From: Eledone cirrhosa
Lineage: Eukaryota
DNA length: 64,000 nucleotides
NCBI GenBank assembly: GCA_964016885.1
Contig: OZ024754.1
Span: 40,300,001 to 40,364,000 of the forward strand
Reading direction: 5' to 3'
The position numbers and the translations under genes are program-made. The notes under the pieces are model-generated. The model saw only the letters and a list, made by a program, of their open reading frames with translations, was not told where the DNA came from and did no database searches. Below, piece by piece: positions 1 through 11,582 of the stretch (position 1 is its first letter; the number at the start of each line of letters is the position of its first letter).

Positions 1-260
1 GCACAGTTCCCATGACTTTCGGAAACATTTTTTCACGCTCAGAGTTGCTGAAGCATGGAACAAACTACCTGCATCAGTTGTTAGCTGTCGAGACACTGCA
101 TCCTTTAAGGCCTCCATGCTTCCCGAGATCCGCCAACACTACAGCTAACACATACAAACATGTACTTCCCTGGCATTTGTGTATTATTCTATGTACTATA
201 TTGACGAGTTGTAGTGCACCTGAGCACTTTACACAATAATTTCATTATTATTATTATTAT
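1..260 (+). mobile_element. CR1-like LINE 3' end (ORF2 C-terminus, 3' UTR, (ATT)n tail)
   Basis: Frame 2 reads HDFRKHFFTLRVAEAWNKLPASVVSCRDTASFKASM...* (stop 146-148), matching the CR1 'FFS.RVV..WN.LP..VV...SFK' motif, followed by an attattatt tail. Confidence 0.8.
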
Positions 261-579
261 AACAATATCTTAAGACAATATCACAATAATTTCATATTCC
301 TTCTTTCCTGAAAATAATACAATTTATTTCAGTAAAAAGATTTTTTTTTTTTTAAAATAGACATTTCATTACTTAAAACCTGAAGAGGTACACAGTATCC
401 CTGCATGTCGTAAGAAGTGACTAAAAGGATCAGTACCATGTAGCACGTCAGGCAGTAAAAAATTGACTCGTGTATGACCCCATGATGGGTGTAAAACTTG
501 TCATGGGGCCCAGGGTAAACATTTGCTTTAGCAGGGAAAATAGTGCTAAAACATTTGTGGCATATTTAAACAAACCAAC

Positions 580-855
580 CTGTCGGAGAAACATATACTG
601 TGGATCATCCTGCCCCTCTGTTACTTTATCACCAAATTCTTTCATCTTAGCATATTCTGGGGCATAGGCATCAATTTCATCTTTAAGTTGTTGATGTTGA
701 TTCAATAATTTCTCAGCATCAGCGAGATTGTTGGGAATGTCTTCTGATGCCACGGTTGTCTGAGTACGAGATAACCATTGTTGGAAATGGTCAAGGTTAC
801 CAAGGAAGCGTTGCAATTCTCCGGCTTCACCAAGTTTTTCATCTCTGTCTTTGAG
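580..855 (-). CDS. SPTBN1: beta-spectrin exon 20
   Basis: LKDRDEKLGEAGELQRFLGNLDHFQQWLSRTQTTVASEDIPNNLADAEKLLNQHQ...DPQYMFLRQ; cag / gttgg. Confidence 0.95.
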
Positions 856-1312
856 CTGTTAAAATAAAACAATTCATAAAGTTTATAACTCTTTCATAGT
901 TGTATTTCTAATGACATAAAATTTATTTCAATTAATAAATTTTGAGGGATTTACTAAAATTATCAATTATTTAAGATTCCCATATAAAACTGTTGGAAGA
1001 TTTTAATTTAAATAGGAACCCTGGTTTTATTCCATAGAACTAAAGCCAGTTTTGGCCAGATTGGTGTCAAAAGAGTTTAACTAATTACAATATTTTCCTA
1101 AATTAGTAGCCATGGCACATTTTAGTAAACTTCACTATAACTTCACTATAACTTCACTAAATATTAATTTATCATAAACTTTAGGAGATGTGTATATTTG
1201 CCTAATTTTCATTAGATTTTTATCTAAAATTACAATTTAGTAAGAGTTTGAGGAATAATCTCTCTTTTGGCGCTAAGCTAAAAATTAAGAAATGCTCAAA
1301 ATATATAATTAC

Positions 1313-1429
1313 CATTTCTTTAAGATCCATCCATACGTTGTTGATGTCATTGATCTTTTCACGAATAGCTTGGGCTTCTTCAGGTTTGGTTTCTTGTAGT
1401 CTGTCTGCTTCAACTTGCAACGATTCAAC
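1313..1429 (-). CDS. SPTBN1: beta-spectrin exon 19
   Basis: VESLQVEADRLQETKPEEAQAIREKINDINNVWMDLKEM; tag / gtaat. Confidence 0.94.
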
Positions 1430-1518
1430 CTAGAAAGGTAAATAAATTTAGTGTAAATAAGAGTAGTCTTAATAAAAACAACTAAACATGGAAAACAAAA
1501 TGCCAACAAGATAATTAC

Positions 1519-1647
1519 CTTGGCTTGTATAGCAGCAAGATCTCGTTCCATACCACTAAGCCGTCTCTGTAGTGTCATAACACCAGCCAAGTCATTGCCA
1601 AGTTCTTCAGTCGATTCAATAATTTTCACCTTTTCATTTATCCAGCC
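1519..1647 (-). CDS. SPTBN1: beta-spectrin exon 18
   Basis: GWINEKVKIIESTEELGNDLAGVMTLQRRLSGMERDLAAIQAK; aag / gtaat. Confidence 0.95.
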
Positions 1648-2012
1648 CTTTAATAATATACAAGATAAAAGTTTAGAGTCTCATAATTTTGAAGTAAATA
1701 GCATATACAGAAAAACAAGATCTTTTAACCGCTTCATTATGAAGAATTATTAGAATTATTTATTTCATTAAGATGACATTTGTAATAGCAAAAGATTCTT
1801 ATATCAAATTAGGTTGGAATATTTTAATAGGAAACCCTTAAAATTAGTAATTTTGTTTCACAGAACTAGAAACAGTTTGGGGAGGGTTAAATATTTTTAT
1901 TTTACTGAAAGGTCAACAGTTCCTTTATTCTTATTTGAGGGTTTGATAAAGATGTCTAAAACAATTTCTTTAAATAAGATTAATATAAAAGTTTCTATTT
2001 ATAGTTACGTAC

Positions 2013-2312
2013 GATGGTCTCATTGCATTCAATATGGAAGTTCTGCAATCCATGGGCCAAATGTATTTCCTCCCTCTTCTGGTCAACCAGCGACCTCAAT
2101 GTGTTCCATTCCTGGTTTAGCTGATTCTGTCGAGCGATGACATCAGCAGCATTAGGATGTTCAACTTGGAGCAACTGCCGAGCCAGCTGGTTCACCACAG
2201 CAACCTTCGATGCCGTAGAGTTCATTTCATGTTCGAAACTTTCAAAGCGATGTTTAACAATAGCAAGTTCTTCAATATCATCCGTAATAACAATTGTGGC
2301 AAGGAATTTCTC
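2013..2312 (-). CDS. SPTBN1: beta-spectrin exon 17
   Basis: EKFLATIVITDDIEELAIVKHRFESFEHEMNSTASKVAVVNQLARQLL...LQNFHIECNETI; tag / gtacg. Confidence 0.95.
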
Positions 2313-2388
2313 CTAGAAAATAAAATAACTTGAAATATAATCAACTGAAACTAAAACTTCTTCCAATGTAAACTTATTTATAAAGGTA

Positions 2389-2875
2389 CTAGCAGAAAAC
2401 CACCCTTTGGGTAGTTTTCTGCTAGCCTGTGTAGTGTGTATATTCATATTATACACAAGTGTATATATACATGTAGATATGATACATCAAATAAAATCAT
2501 AATTTACAATATCCACAGAAATTGAACGAAGACTGCGTTACACTGTCTTATGTAATCAGTAAAGTAATCCATGATGTATTAAAAAAAGACGATATTGTAT
2601 ATAAACTGCATTAGGATAAAATTAGTGACGGAAATATATGCAATATTTTTATAAGTGTTATAATATAACGGCCGCTAACCGGAAGTGTTGACATTTGAAA
2701 ATGTCAAAGTGAATCTTTAAATATGCTATAAAATATATTTAATCAACAGCCACGAAATTTAGCACATAAATTATGTAATATTCATTCATTATTTATTCAA
2801 AGTAATCCAACTTATTTTACAAACGGGGTAAAAAAATATATTCTGGATGCAGTCCTGCACTCCTTTATTATAAGA
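2389..2875 (-). mobile_element. Non-autonomous Helitron
   Basis: Minus strand starts A|TCTTATAATAAAGG and ends in the hairpin gcagaaaactacccaaagggtggttttctg followed by CTAG|T. These are the canonical TC...hairpin-CTAG ends in an A|T target. Confidence 0.78.
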
Positions 2876-3904
2876 TATCTTTTAGATTTAGGAATACATT
2901 TCAAAACAATATACTGAAAAATCTAAATATATTTTCAATAAACATAAATAAGATTTTCTAAACTGTTACGTGTTCAATAAAAGAATGTCAATCTAAATTT
3001 CTAAATTATATTACCACTTCAAATGAAGTAATGTTTTTTGTAACCCTTAAATGTAATCAACCTCAGTCCATTTATTGAAAAAATCCGTCCAAACCCATGC
3101 AAGCGTGGAATATGGACGTTAAACGATGATGATGTCTTTCATTAGCTGGATCTGTTAATAGAAAATCTTATCTAATCTGTTGTTAGTGTGAAATACAAAC
3201 ACACAACAGGCTTAGGTATAGTTTCTGTCTACTGAATCTTATTTGTAAGGTATTGGACAATTTGAGGTTATAGAAGACATTTGGCCGAGGTGCCACATAG
3301 CGGGACCTAACCCAAAACCACATGGTAGTGAAGCAAACCTCTTAACCATACAGCCATACCTAAACAATTTTAGACTTAGTTTATGTCACACCAAATAGTT
3401 ATTTTCTTGCATAATATCAAATATAGTTTTACTTTACATCCAACAGATTATACTCTACTTGTTAGTCCATAACAGTAAGTATTCACTTTACTTCCCCCAT
3501 TTTAGTGCTATACTTCTAGTGTTATATAAACCTATACTACATATTTCTAGTGTCATATATCATATAAAGCCACCCTTAATCCTACATACAGTTTCTGCTT
3601 GACAATTTATTGCAAAATGTAATAATCTGTTAAAGCTGAAGCATATTTTCTTTCCTATTTAAGTAATATTTCCAACTGTATTTAACATCCCATAATAATT
3701 TAGAAAAGAAAACATTTTAAAAATATGTTTGTTAATTCAAGTATTTATTGTACCTAGTGGAGAGAGAGTTGTGAAAATGTAGAGTATTAGTGTGAAGACA
3801 ATGTGATGTAGTTATGGTAACATATTTTCTACTTTACCAGAATGTCTTGCTAATGTAGTTTCATGAATTAAAGTCAGTTTTAATTAAAAGAATATTAAAT
3901 TAAC

Positions 3905-4069
3905 CTTCTCATCAATCCAAGTCTGCACACCATCTGCTTCATTGAAAAGTTTATAGAGGGAGAGGGCATCAAGTAATCGCTGCTTGCGAAGCTTCGCAAG
4001 CTCCAATAGTTCTTGATAACGGCGATCAATGCTGCCTAATCGACTCTGTACGTCATCAGACTCTCGGTC
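3905..4069 (-). CDS. SPTBN1: beta-spectrin exon 16
   Basis: DRESDDVQSRLGSIDRRYQELLELAKLRKQRLLDALSLYKLFNEADGVQTWIDEK; cag / gttaa. Confidence 0.95.
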
Positions 4070-4275
4070 CTGTTAATTATAAAGATTAATGCTGTAGAAA
4101 AAAGAATACAAAAACAAAGTTTTCAACAGCTACAAAAACTTTTCAAAATATAAGAGTTGGAGAATTACATCTTGGTCATATGTGCCATTTTTTACATGGC
4201 TTCTACAGTTGGATGCCCTTCCAAACACCAAACACATCCCACCCTATTAGTGAATTCTCAATCAAACTTATAAGG

Positions 4276-4770
4276 TCTTCTTTTCTTCGCCCACTTATTC
4301 CTGAGGGGGTTGTGGAGGCCGAGTCCTTCAAACACTCCCTGCAGCAGGTCCTGTCAGAAGCAACTGCCTTCAACTGATCCAGTTGGATCCCCAAGCATGA
4401 CCAGCCAAGCTCATGGATGTTATTCAACTATCTTGCTTGGGATCTACCCCTGGGTCTCCTGCCAGTTGGTTTCGTCTGTAAAATCTGTCCAGCAATTCTT
4501 TCCCCGGTACATTCTAACTTCATGCCCATAATATTGGAGCTGTGATCTCTCAACTCGGAGAAGTATCAGCTCTACCTGGAGTGACTGATCTCCAAGCTAC
4601 ACACTTTATCAAGTAACGTTACTCCAAAGATCCTTTGGAGGAACCCCATTTGGATGGAGGATGGAAACTCCATTATACAGGTGTGGTTTCAGAAATGACT
4701 GCACAGGTGGGAGTGGGGATAGTCACAAGCCATAGGCTGTCAGAATGTGTTATCGATATTGCCAGTAAAA
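4276..4770 (-). mobile_element. RTE-clade LINE 3' fragment joined to an inverted endonuclease fragment
   Basis: 4276-4650 is the reverse complement of the 20960-21342 RTE 3' end, with a GAA-type tail. 4650-4770 on + reads LDGGWKLHYTGVVSEMTAQVGVGIVTSHRLSECVID (RTE APE domain). Confidence 0.8.
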
Positions 4771-4958
4771 AAACAAATTTTTTTTTATTTCAAATATTTG
4801 AATAAGTGATAAAATATCATAGATAATTCATTAAGATATACTTAATACAAATATTTTCTTCAGAGAATGAAACAATTTTTCTAATTTAAAATTATTAAAT
4901 ATTGAAACATATATAAAGCTGAATAAAACGTAGTTTTTGCCATATTTTAAATACTTAC

Positions 4959-5036
4959 TTGTTCTCCAAGGTTAGTAGCTTGTTCATGGAGACTTTCAAT
5001 GACAGTCTGGTAGTTTTTGAGTTCATCTGTTACATC
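4959..5036 (-). CDS. SPTBN1: beta-spectrin exon 15
   Basis: DVTDELKNYQTVIESLHEQATNLGEQ; tag / gtaag. Confidence 0.93.
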
Positions 5037-5698
5037 CTACAAACACCAACATTTCATTAATATCCTATATTCATTTATATTATTCTCTCAGATACTCTAT
5101 CAATATTATTAATTATAGTGGTGATGAATGTGATGAAAAACAAAATGAAGTCTTAGTACTATAAATTCCATATTGAAATATCCTATTCTAGTAGAACGTA
5201 AGTTAACGTAACAATGGTCAACACTTCAAGATCTCAACTAGAAGCCCCACCAGATTTACATTCTTTATTGTAAAAATAATTTAAAGTTGCAATCACATTG
5301 CATTTAAAAATATTAACAGAGATTCTCTGCTAAAAAATCTGAATGTAACCTTTCTGTTACTAACAATACAAAACTATTTTAAAGTGTTTTTATTTATTTG
5401 AAAATCTACCAAAATTTTATGTCAGAACCTTTAAGTTTTCCTTCCAAAAAGAAAGTTAGTTATATTAATTCCTCCAAATTATTGGTTATTTTCAAAATTA
5501 CTTGTAAATTACAGGCAGTGTCGTTCATTAGAAATATAGTCATGAAAGGGTTAAAAATATTTACAGGTGTTCTTTGTTCAATCCTAAAATAGTCGTCAAA
5601 AATACAAATTTAGTTTCTAAGATGTAATATTAAGTATTAACTATTAAGACATAACGAGAGAGAGAGAGAGGTCAAAAAGGACAATTATTTTTGTTTAC

Positions 5699-5815
5699 CT
5701 TGTGTTTTTTAAGCAGGGACTGTACGCTGGCCTCATCGCGTCCGACATCTTCACTGGATACAATACGGAAAGTATCCAACATCCAGATATCAATGTCATC
5801 AGCGTCAGCAAAGAA
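5699..5815 (-). CDS. SPTBN1: beta-spectrin exon 14
   Basis: FFADADDIDIWMLDTFRIVSSEDVGRDEASVQSLLKKHK; tag / gtaaa. Confidence 0.95.
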
Positions 5816-6866
5816 CTAAATGACAACAAATAAAAACAATTAAAAGATCTATATTGATCGAGAACATTAAAAGATCTATATTGATCAGAGAACATTAAAA
5901 AAAAGCAATCTACACATTGAAAGTTACATTAATTCAGCTAAGTATTTATTCATTTCATTAAAATATTTACATTGGTATTTATCAATTAAATTTAACCTAA
6001 ACATTATATCACTTTACATGTTTTTCATAATAGAACGGGTTGGACACATTGTCCGAAACTAGAAAGGTCGGGTGACACTGTCTTACTCATGTATTCCAGG
6101 GTTTCTACAGCTAGATACACTTCCTAGTGCCAACTATTTTATAGAGTATTGGGCATATTTCATTGTGGAACCAGTACTAACACTTTAAGGAGTGTACTTG
6201 GTGCATCATTAATATATACAACCACCATTGTTTGAATAAAACAGCTGTGTGAGATAAGTTTTAAATCCGAACATATCAGAATAGAGATATATTTTCATTA
6301 AAAAAGCAACTCTCACATCAAGTTCAATAATTCATCTATATATTTTTTCTTATAAAATGTCACTATAGACATTATTCGGGTTTTAACTCAAAGTTTGCAT
6401 CAAACATAGATACTATTTTTGGAAATGTTTCCTTGTATCTCCATGTTTGGAAATTCTCACAGAACTAATACAATATCACAAACTATTTTGACATTTGTCT
6501 GACACCAAACAATGAATATAATACAAACAAGGGAGAGAATTATGGTTAATAAATTGTATCTATGAATTCCTGTTATACCAAGATAAACGAAACTAATTAG
6601 AGCTGTACAATTACACAACTAGCATTTTAAAGGGTTAGCCTTAGGCAATGCTTTATGACAAAATGCTCTTCATAGTGCCAACACTTTTAGTTGCTTTTTA
6701 CAAGATGCAGTGATAATTGCGTATATTTTATAAACCAGACCCATATGGTTGTAATTATAGTTGTACAAAGAGAAAATAACTGATGAAGAAAATTCTCCAT
6801 TATCAATACTTTGATTAGATCATTAAGTAAGTAGTTCATTAATCATAACGATGCTTATTATCTTAC

Positions 6867-7067
6867 CTGATAGTAGTCAACAGCCTCATTGAGTCTGCGT
6901 TTGCGATATGCTGCCAGGTCAATCAAACTCTCCCACTGCTGGTTAATCTCATCTATGCGTTCTTGGATCTTGTCTGCACCGAAATTTCCGGCAGAAATGA
7001 GATCATTGCCAACTTGGATGACTGACTGCAAGTGTGAATGTCTGGCTGTCATTTCATCTTCCAATGC
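6867..7067 (-). CDS. SPTBN1: beta-spectrin exon 13
   Basis: ALEDEMTARHSHLQSVIQVGNDLISAGNFGADKIQERIDEINQQWESLIDLAAYRKRRLNEAVDYYQ; aag / gtaag. Confidence 0.95.
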
Positions 7068-7139
7068 CTTAAAAAAAATAATTAAAACAAATTAAATTAA
7101 AAAAAGAAAAAGCCATGTTTGAATATTAACTCAATGTAA

Positions 7140-7328
7140 TTATATAATAATAATAAAATGATTGTGTACAGTGCTCAGGTGCACTACAACTCATCAAAGG
7201 TGCATGTATAGTACATAGAATAATGTACAAATGTCAGGAAAATGAACAGTGTATGAGTCATGATATAATAATAATAATAATAATGAAATATTGTGTACAG
7301 TGCCCAGGTGCACCACAACTCATCAAAA
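7140..7328 (-). mobile_element. Two short CR1 3'-tail fragments (same family as 1-260)
   Basis: tgtgtacagtgctcaggtgcactacaactcatcaa occurs twice with (TAA)n; it is the reverse complement of the 200-260 tail. Confidence 0.7.
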
Positions 7329-7791
7329 AAGTGCAGAAAATATTTGAAGTTTGTTAATTCAAATGTTTATTAGTATCTTTACTAACAAATAGGTTGTTAT
7401 GAAAATCTGTAGTAATAAAGACTAACTTTGAATGCGATGAAGTTTTGTTTTGTACTTTACAAGAATGTATTTCTAATGCAGTTTCATGTGGTACAGGACA
7501 TTAAAAGTTAACTTTTTTTTTTTTATAACCATCCAGAAACTGCCCTGAATTTATGATAGAAAATTGCTCCTTTTAAAATGTTTATCCTTATATTAAAATC
7601 TTACTTTATAATTTCATTTTCGAAACTTTTAATGTTGTATTTAGAACATTACTTATTAATGAAAAATTTTTATTAAATTCCTCCAAATTATTGGTTATTT
7701 TCAAAATTAATTTGAACACATGGGCAGTGCATTTCACTCTAAATAAGATAATGAAAATGTAAATGTAGAAATATGTTTATTTTAGACTTAC

Positions 7792-8039
7792 TTTATGCTT
7801 GTTCAGTAGGAGGTGTACGCTTGTTAAATCATGTCCCAAGTCAGGAGAAGACATCAACTGTTCTTTCTCTTTCACCCAACCTTCCTCATCTGCCATGTCC
7901 CAGTAAAACTGCCACAATTTACGTGACTCTTCAAGCCGAGCTCTGCGTTCAGCTGATAGTTGTTTAAGTTCAGTGAAAGCTGTTTCAAGTGTAGACATTC
8001 TTTCAACAATAACTTCTGGTTTACATGGTCTGTACTCAG
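7792..8039 (-). CDS. SPTBN1: beta-spectrin exon 12
   Basis: AEYRPCKPEVIVERMSTLETAFTELKQLSAERRARLEESRKLWQFYWDMADEEGWVKEKEQ...LLNKHK; cag / gtaag. Confidence 0.95.
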
Positions 8040-8281
8040 CTGAAATCATAAAAAATAGATTCATAAATTATCTTTCCAATATAAAACTCATCATATTCAA
8101 CTTTACAATTTTTAGAGGAAGAATTAATTAACATTAAAATCAGAGATTATCTCTAATCCAAATATAATCATTTAATTACAAAATTTTGATCAGATGCTTT
8201 TCTAAAAGTTTCTATACTTTAATTTTACTGTTTTATTTTTTTTTTAATAGTCAAGAAATCCACTTGGTTACCAAGTGGATT

Positions 8282-8482
8282 CAGGTTTAACTCCAGTATG
8301 TGATATTTTTATCAAGTATCTTTTCCTATAGCCTTTAGGGCTGATTAATGTCCGAGTGAAATTTTGTAGACAAAAAACTTACAGAAGTCCGTAATATGTG
8401 TGTGTGTGGTGTCTATATGTGTGTGTGGTGTGTATATATATGTGTGTGGTGTGTATATGTATGTGTGTGTGTGTGGTGTGTG

Positions 8483-8518
<36 letters not shown>

Positions 8519-8520
8519 GT
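8282..8520 (+). mobile_element. Degenerate SINE with TG/TA microsatellite tail (boundaries approximate)
   Basis: Shares caagtg/atcttt..ctatagcc..gggctga...ttt(g)tagac..aaact..agaag..cgt with copies at 18530-18790 and 47060-47350, and reversed at 3220-3360. Confidence 0.55.
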
Positions 8521-8552
8521 GCTTTATTAGAAATAGAGATTAATGTTCTTAC

Positions 8553-8718
8553 CTCCAACATCTACGAAGTCACCTTCAGCAAATCTTTGAGCCTGAGAGT
8601 TTACAGTCTTGACTCGGTCTCCAACCACATTGATGTCAGCTTCCAACAAACTGTGTTTTTGCAGTAAGTCTTCAACTCCCATCAGATGTTTACCGTAGTC
8701 TGAAGACATGAGTCGGGC
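8553..8718 (-). CDS. SPTBN1: beta-spectrin exon 11
   Basis: ARLMSSDYGKHLMGVEDLLQKHSLLEADINVVGDRVKTVNSQAQRFAEGDFVDVG; tag / gtaag. Confidence 0.95.
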
Positions 8719-9364
8719 CTAACAAAAGAAATCATTCATTCATAAAAGATACTTTCGAGTGAAAGAGGGTCAATATCTTTCAACTAAGTACATTTAAGAA
8801 ATGGAAAATGAAATTTACAGCTGGCCTCGAAGTTGTCTCATAGGTTTCTTGAGTGTTCTAATAATAGGGGACTCCAGTCCTATCATAAAAAGCAACTTGA
8901 AATGAAGTGTCTTACTCACAAACACAACATGTTGCCAGATCCAGGAATTGAACTTGTGACCATATGGTTACGAGTCCAGCACTCTAACCACTAAGCCAAG
9001 CATCTTCACTAAGTACATTTCAGGTAAGTCGTTAGAGTGCCAGGTTAAAAGTCAAGTGGTATCCAGTGCAGCTCTTTGTACGTCAAGTTCAAATCCTGCT
9101 GAGGGCAACTTTACCTTTCATACCATCAGGGTTGATGAATAAAGTACCACTCCAGAGTGGACTGGTGAATTGTTAGATTACAACTGACCTCCTGTTCCAA
9201 CTCTTTACATACTAAGTAATCCCACAGCCGTAGGAGTTCACTCTCCAACTTACAATTGACCATCTCTTCTTTTCATTGTTAATTTTGTATTCTAAATATA
9301 TATTTATATTTAGCCTGCCCCCAGTTTGCTAGATAGGTTTGGTAACTGTATATTTTGTATTTAC

Positions 9365-9503
9365 CTTAATTTCTTCCATCCAATCAAGAATGTAAAGCAT
9401 CTCTTGGAAGATCTTTTGTAAGTTGAGAGAAAGTTCAAGTCTCATACGACGTGCTCGTAATAATTCCAAGAGATAGTTCCACAAACTCAGAACATTATCT
9501 TTT
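9365..9503 (-). CDS. SPTBN1: beta-spectrin exon 10
   Basis: [46 protein letters not shown]; cag / gtaaa. Confidence 0.95.
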
Positions 9504-9624
9504 CTGTAAATAAATAAAATAAATGAAAAATAAAGTAAAATACAATAATATATTTATAGTATTTTAAATGTATTTAGTAAATATTCTCAATGAATCTTAT
9601 TGAATTATAATTTGGGATTATTGT

Positions 9625-9879
9625 TTAACCTTCTGATACCAAACAACTGTTTCTATGATATAATCAGTTTTAAACTTAAATTTTCCAAGTTTATGTAATG
9701 GAATTCTTGTTATCTGTTCTCAAGTGTTCATATTAACATCAATACGTATCATAACTTTATGTTCCAAACACTGGCCTAATAATGAGAAAATTAGTTATAT
9801 TACTAAATCTTTCCAAATTCTTGATTGTTTTCAAAATTAATTGAAAATCACATTTGAAATAGTATATCAGAAGGGTTAA
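9625..9879. mobile_element. piggyBac-like MITE (family B)
   Basis: TTAA-ccttctgata ... tatcagaaggg-TTAA. The internal tactaaatc..ccaaattcttg.ttattttcaaaatt motif recurs near 5460, 7670, 17820, 26670, 29150, 29870 and reversed near 41060. Confidence 0.7.
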
Positions 9880-9942
9880 AATTAAGAATTATTCATTTTA
9901 CTAATGAAATAATATATAATTATCAGCAATATTATGTTTCAA

Positions 9943-10288
9943 CAAAAGGCACCCAATCCACGCTGTAAAGTGGTCGTTTTGGTGCTACAATAAAAGGCAC
10001 CCAGTCCACATAGTAAAGTGGTCGTTTTGGTGCTACAATAAAAGGCACCCAATCCACGCTGTAAAGTGGTCGTTTTGGTGCTACAATAAAAGGCACCCAG
10101 TCCACGCTGTAAAGTGGTCGTTTTGGTGCTACAATAAAAGGCACCCAGTCCACGCTGTAAATGTGGTTGGCATTAGAAAGGGCATCAGTTCCGTATGAGC
10201 AAGATATGGTCATCTGATCTGACTCACAACTTTAACCCATGCTAACATGGAAAATGGATGTTAAACAGTGATGATGATGATGATGATA
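9943..10288 (+). mobile_element. SINE 3' part with internal 48-bp VNTR (~4.5 copies)
   Basis: The unit taaaaggcacccagtccacgctgtaaagtggtcgttttggtgctacaa runs into gtggttggcattagaaagggcat...aacccatgctaacatggaaaatggatgttaaa(tga)n. Confidence 0.75.
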
Positions 10289-10338
10289 ATTCACTTAAGA
10301 GATGAAAGAAAAAACATTCAATAAAACAATGACATTAC

Positions 10339-10596
10339 CTTGCTGCAATTCTGTTGATGTCATGGTAATTTTCCTGTTGCAATTCATTTGACACAGCAAT
10401 AACTGCTTGTACGCGTTCTTCATATGCGTTGATGTCAGTCTCAATTGCTTCATGTTTCTTAGTAGCAGCCTCAACAGCAGCAAGGTCATGGCCGAAATTG
10501 TCCTGAGACACCAACCGTTGGTTCTCACTGAGCCAAACTTCACGCATGCCAGCCTTGCGATTGAATCGGGCAGCCAATTGTTCAAGTTTTTCTTGT
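10339..10596 (-). CDS. SPTBN1: beta-spectrin exon 9
   Basis: [55 protein letters not shown]...RIAAR; aag / gtaat. Confidence 0.96.
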
Positions 10597-11399
10597 CTTA
10601 AAGAAAATAAATACATATAGATATAAGTATATATACACCCATAAATTTATAACAGTAAAATGAATACATATTTCAAAGTACAGTGAAAATACAAATTTTA
10701 TCAAATTTTCTGCCTTAAAAAAGAACATACTTTCCCCACAATTATTTTCAATTAGAACATTTCAATTAATATTTGAGAATGCTCATAGTGAGGCTAGCCT
10801 GCTGGAAAAGGGGTATACTATCTGTAGTTCACAATTCCTGGCAGAAGCATCACCATTTTTCAAGTGCCACGATATTACAAAGTGTTGCATAAAAGTCTTT
10901 AATGATCCCACTATTTAACAATAATTAACTTCTTTTACACTTTCCTATTTTACTTTGTCGTTCCCAAAGATTTGTAACAGACATATAATTTGAAATAAGC
11001 TACTGAGCTTCGGATGTAGTCGAGCTGAGTTGAATGGGTAAAAACTTGGTTTCAGTCATAAGGTCCATTGTTTGATCCCACTCTGTGATATCTTGCACAA
11101 ATATATTTACCGTAGTCAACCCAAACCTTGCAAATGAACCTGAATACATGGAAAATGTATGTTGGACTCCTTGGAAATTACATTAAAGGCACATGTATCT
11201 CCTCAAGAATGCTCAGGCACTTTCACGTTAATTTTGCTAGCAAGTTTCTCTGTTGAACTGGAAGACTCATCAGTGAAACCAACAGAAGTTCATTCCATAA
11301 TTAAGACAGTTCTCTTTAAACCAGTAAAAAAATTAACTGAACACATAGGTCATGTTTTTTCATTAAAAATATGATTAAGCCAGTAAAAGGTTAACTAAC

Positions 11400-11582
11400 C
11401 GGATCAGTTCTTCACGTAGAGCCAATTCTCTCTCATGTTCAGCCTTTTCAAGTTTGTCCCAAGCTTTGTTGATATCAGATATCAGTTTTCCTTCTCTGGG
11501 TAGATAGGGTCTCTGGTTGTTAGCCCTCATCTTACTTTGGAGTGTAAACAGAAGAACCTCAAGGTTTCCTTTCTCCACAAAT
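11400..11582 (-). CDS. SPTBN1: beta-spectrin exon 8
   Basis: [61 protein letters not shown]; cag / gttag. Confidence 0.96.

Noticed and set aside
9932-10213. ORF with a 16-aa repeat (YSVDWVPFIVAPKRPL)
   Set aside because: This is a 48-bp VNTR inside a SINE; exons 9 and 10 join in frame without it.
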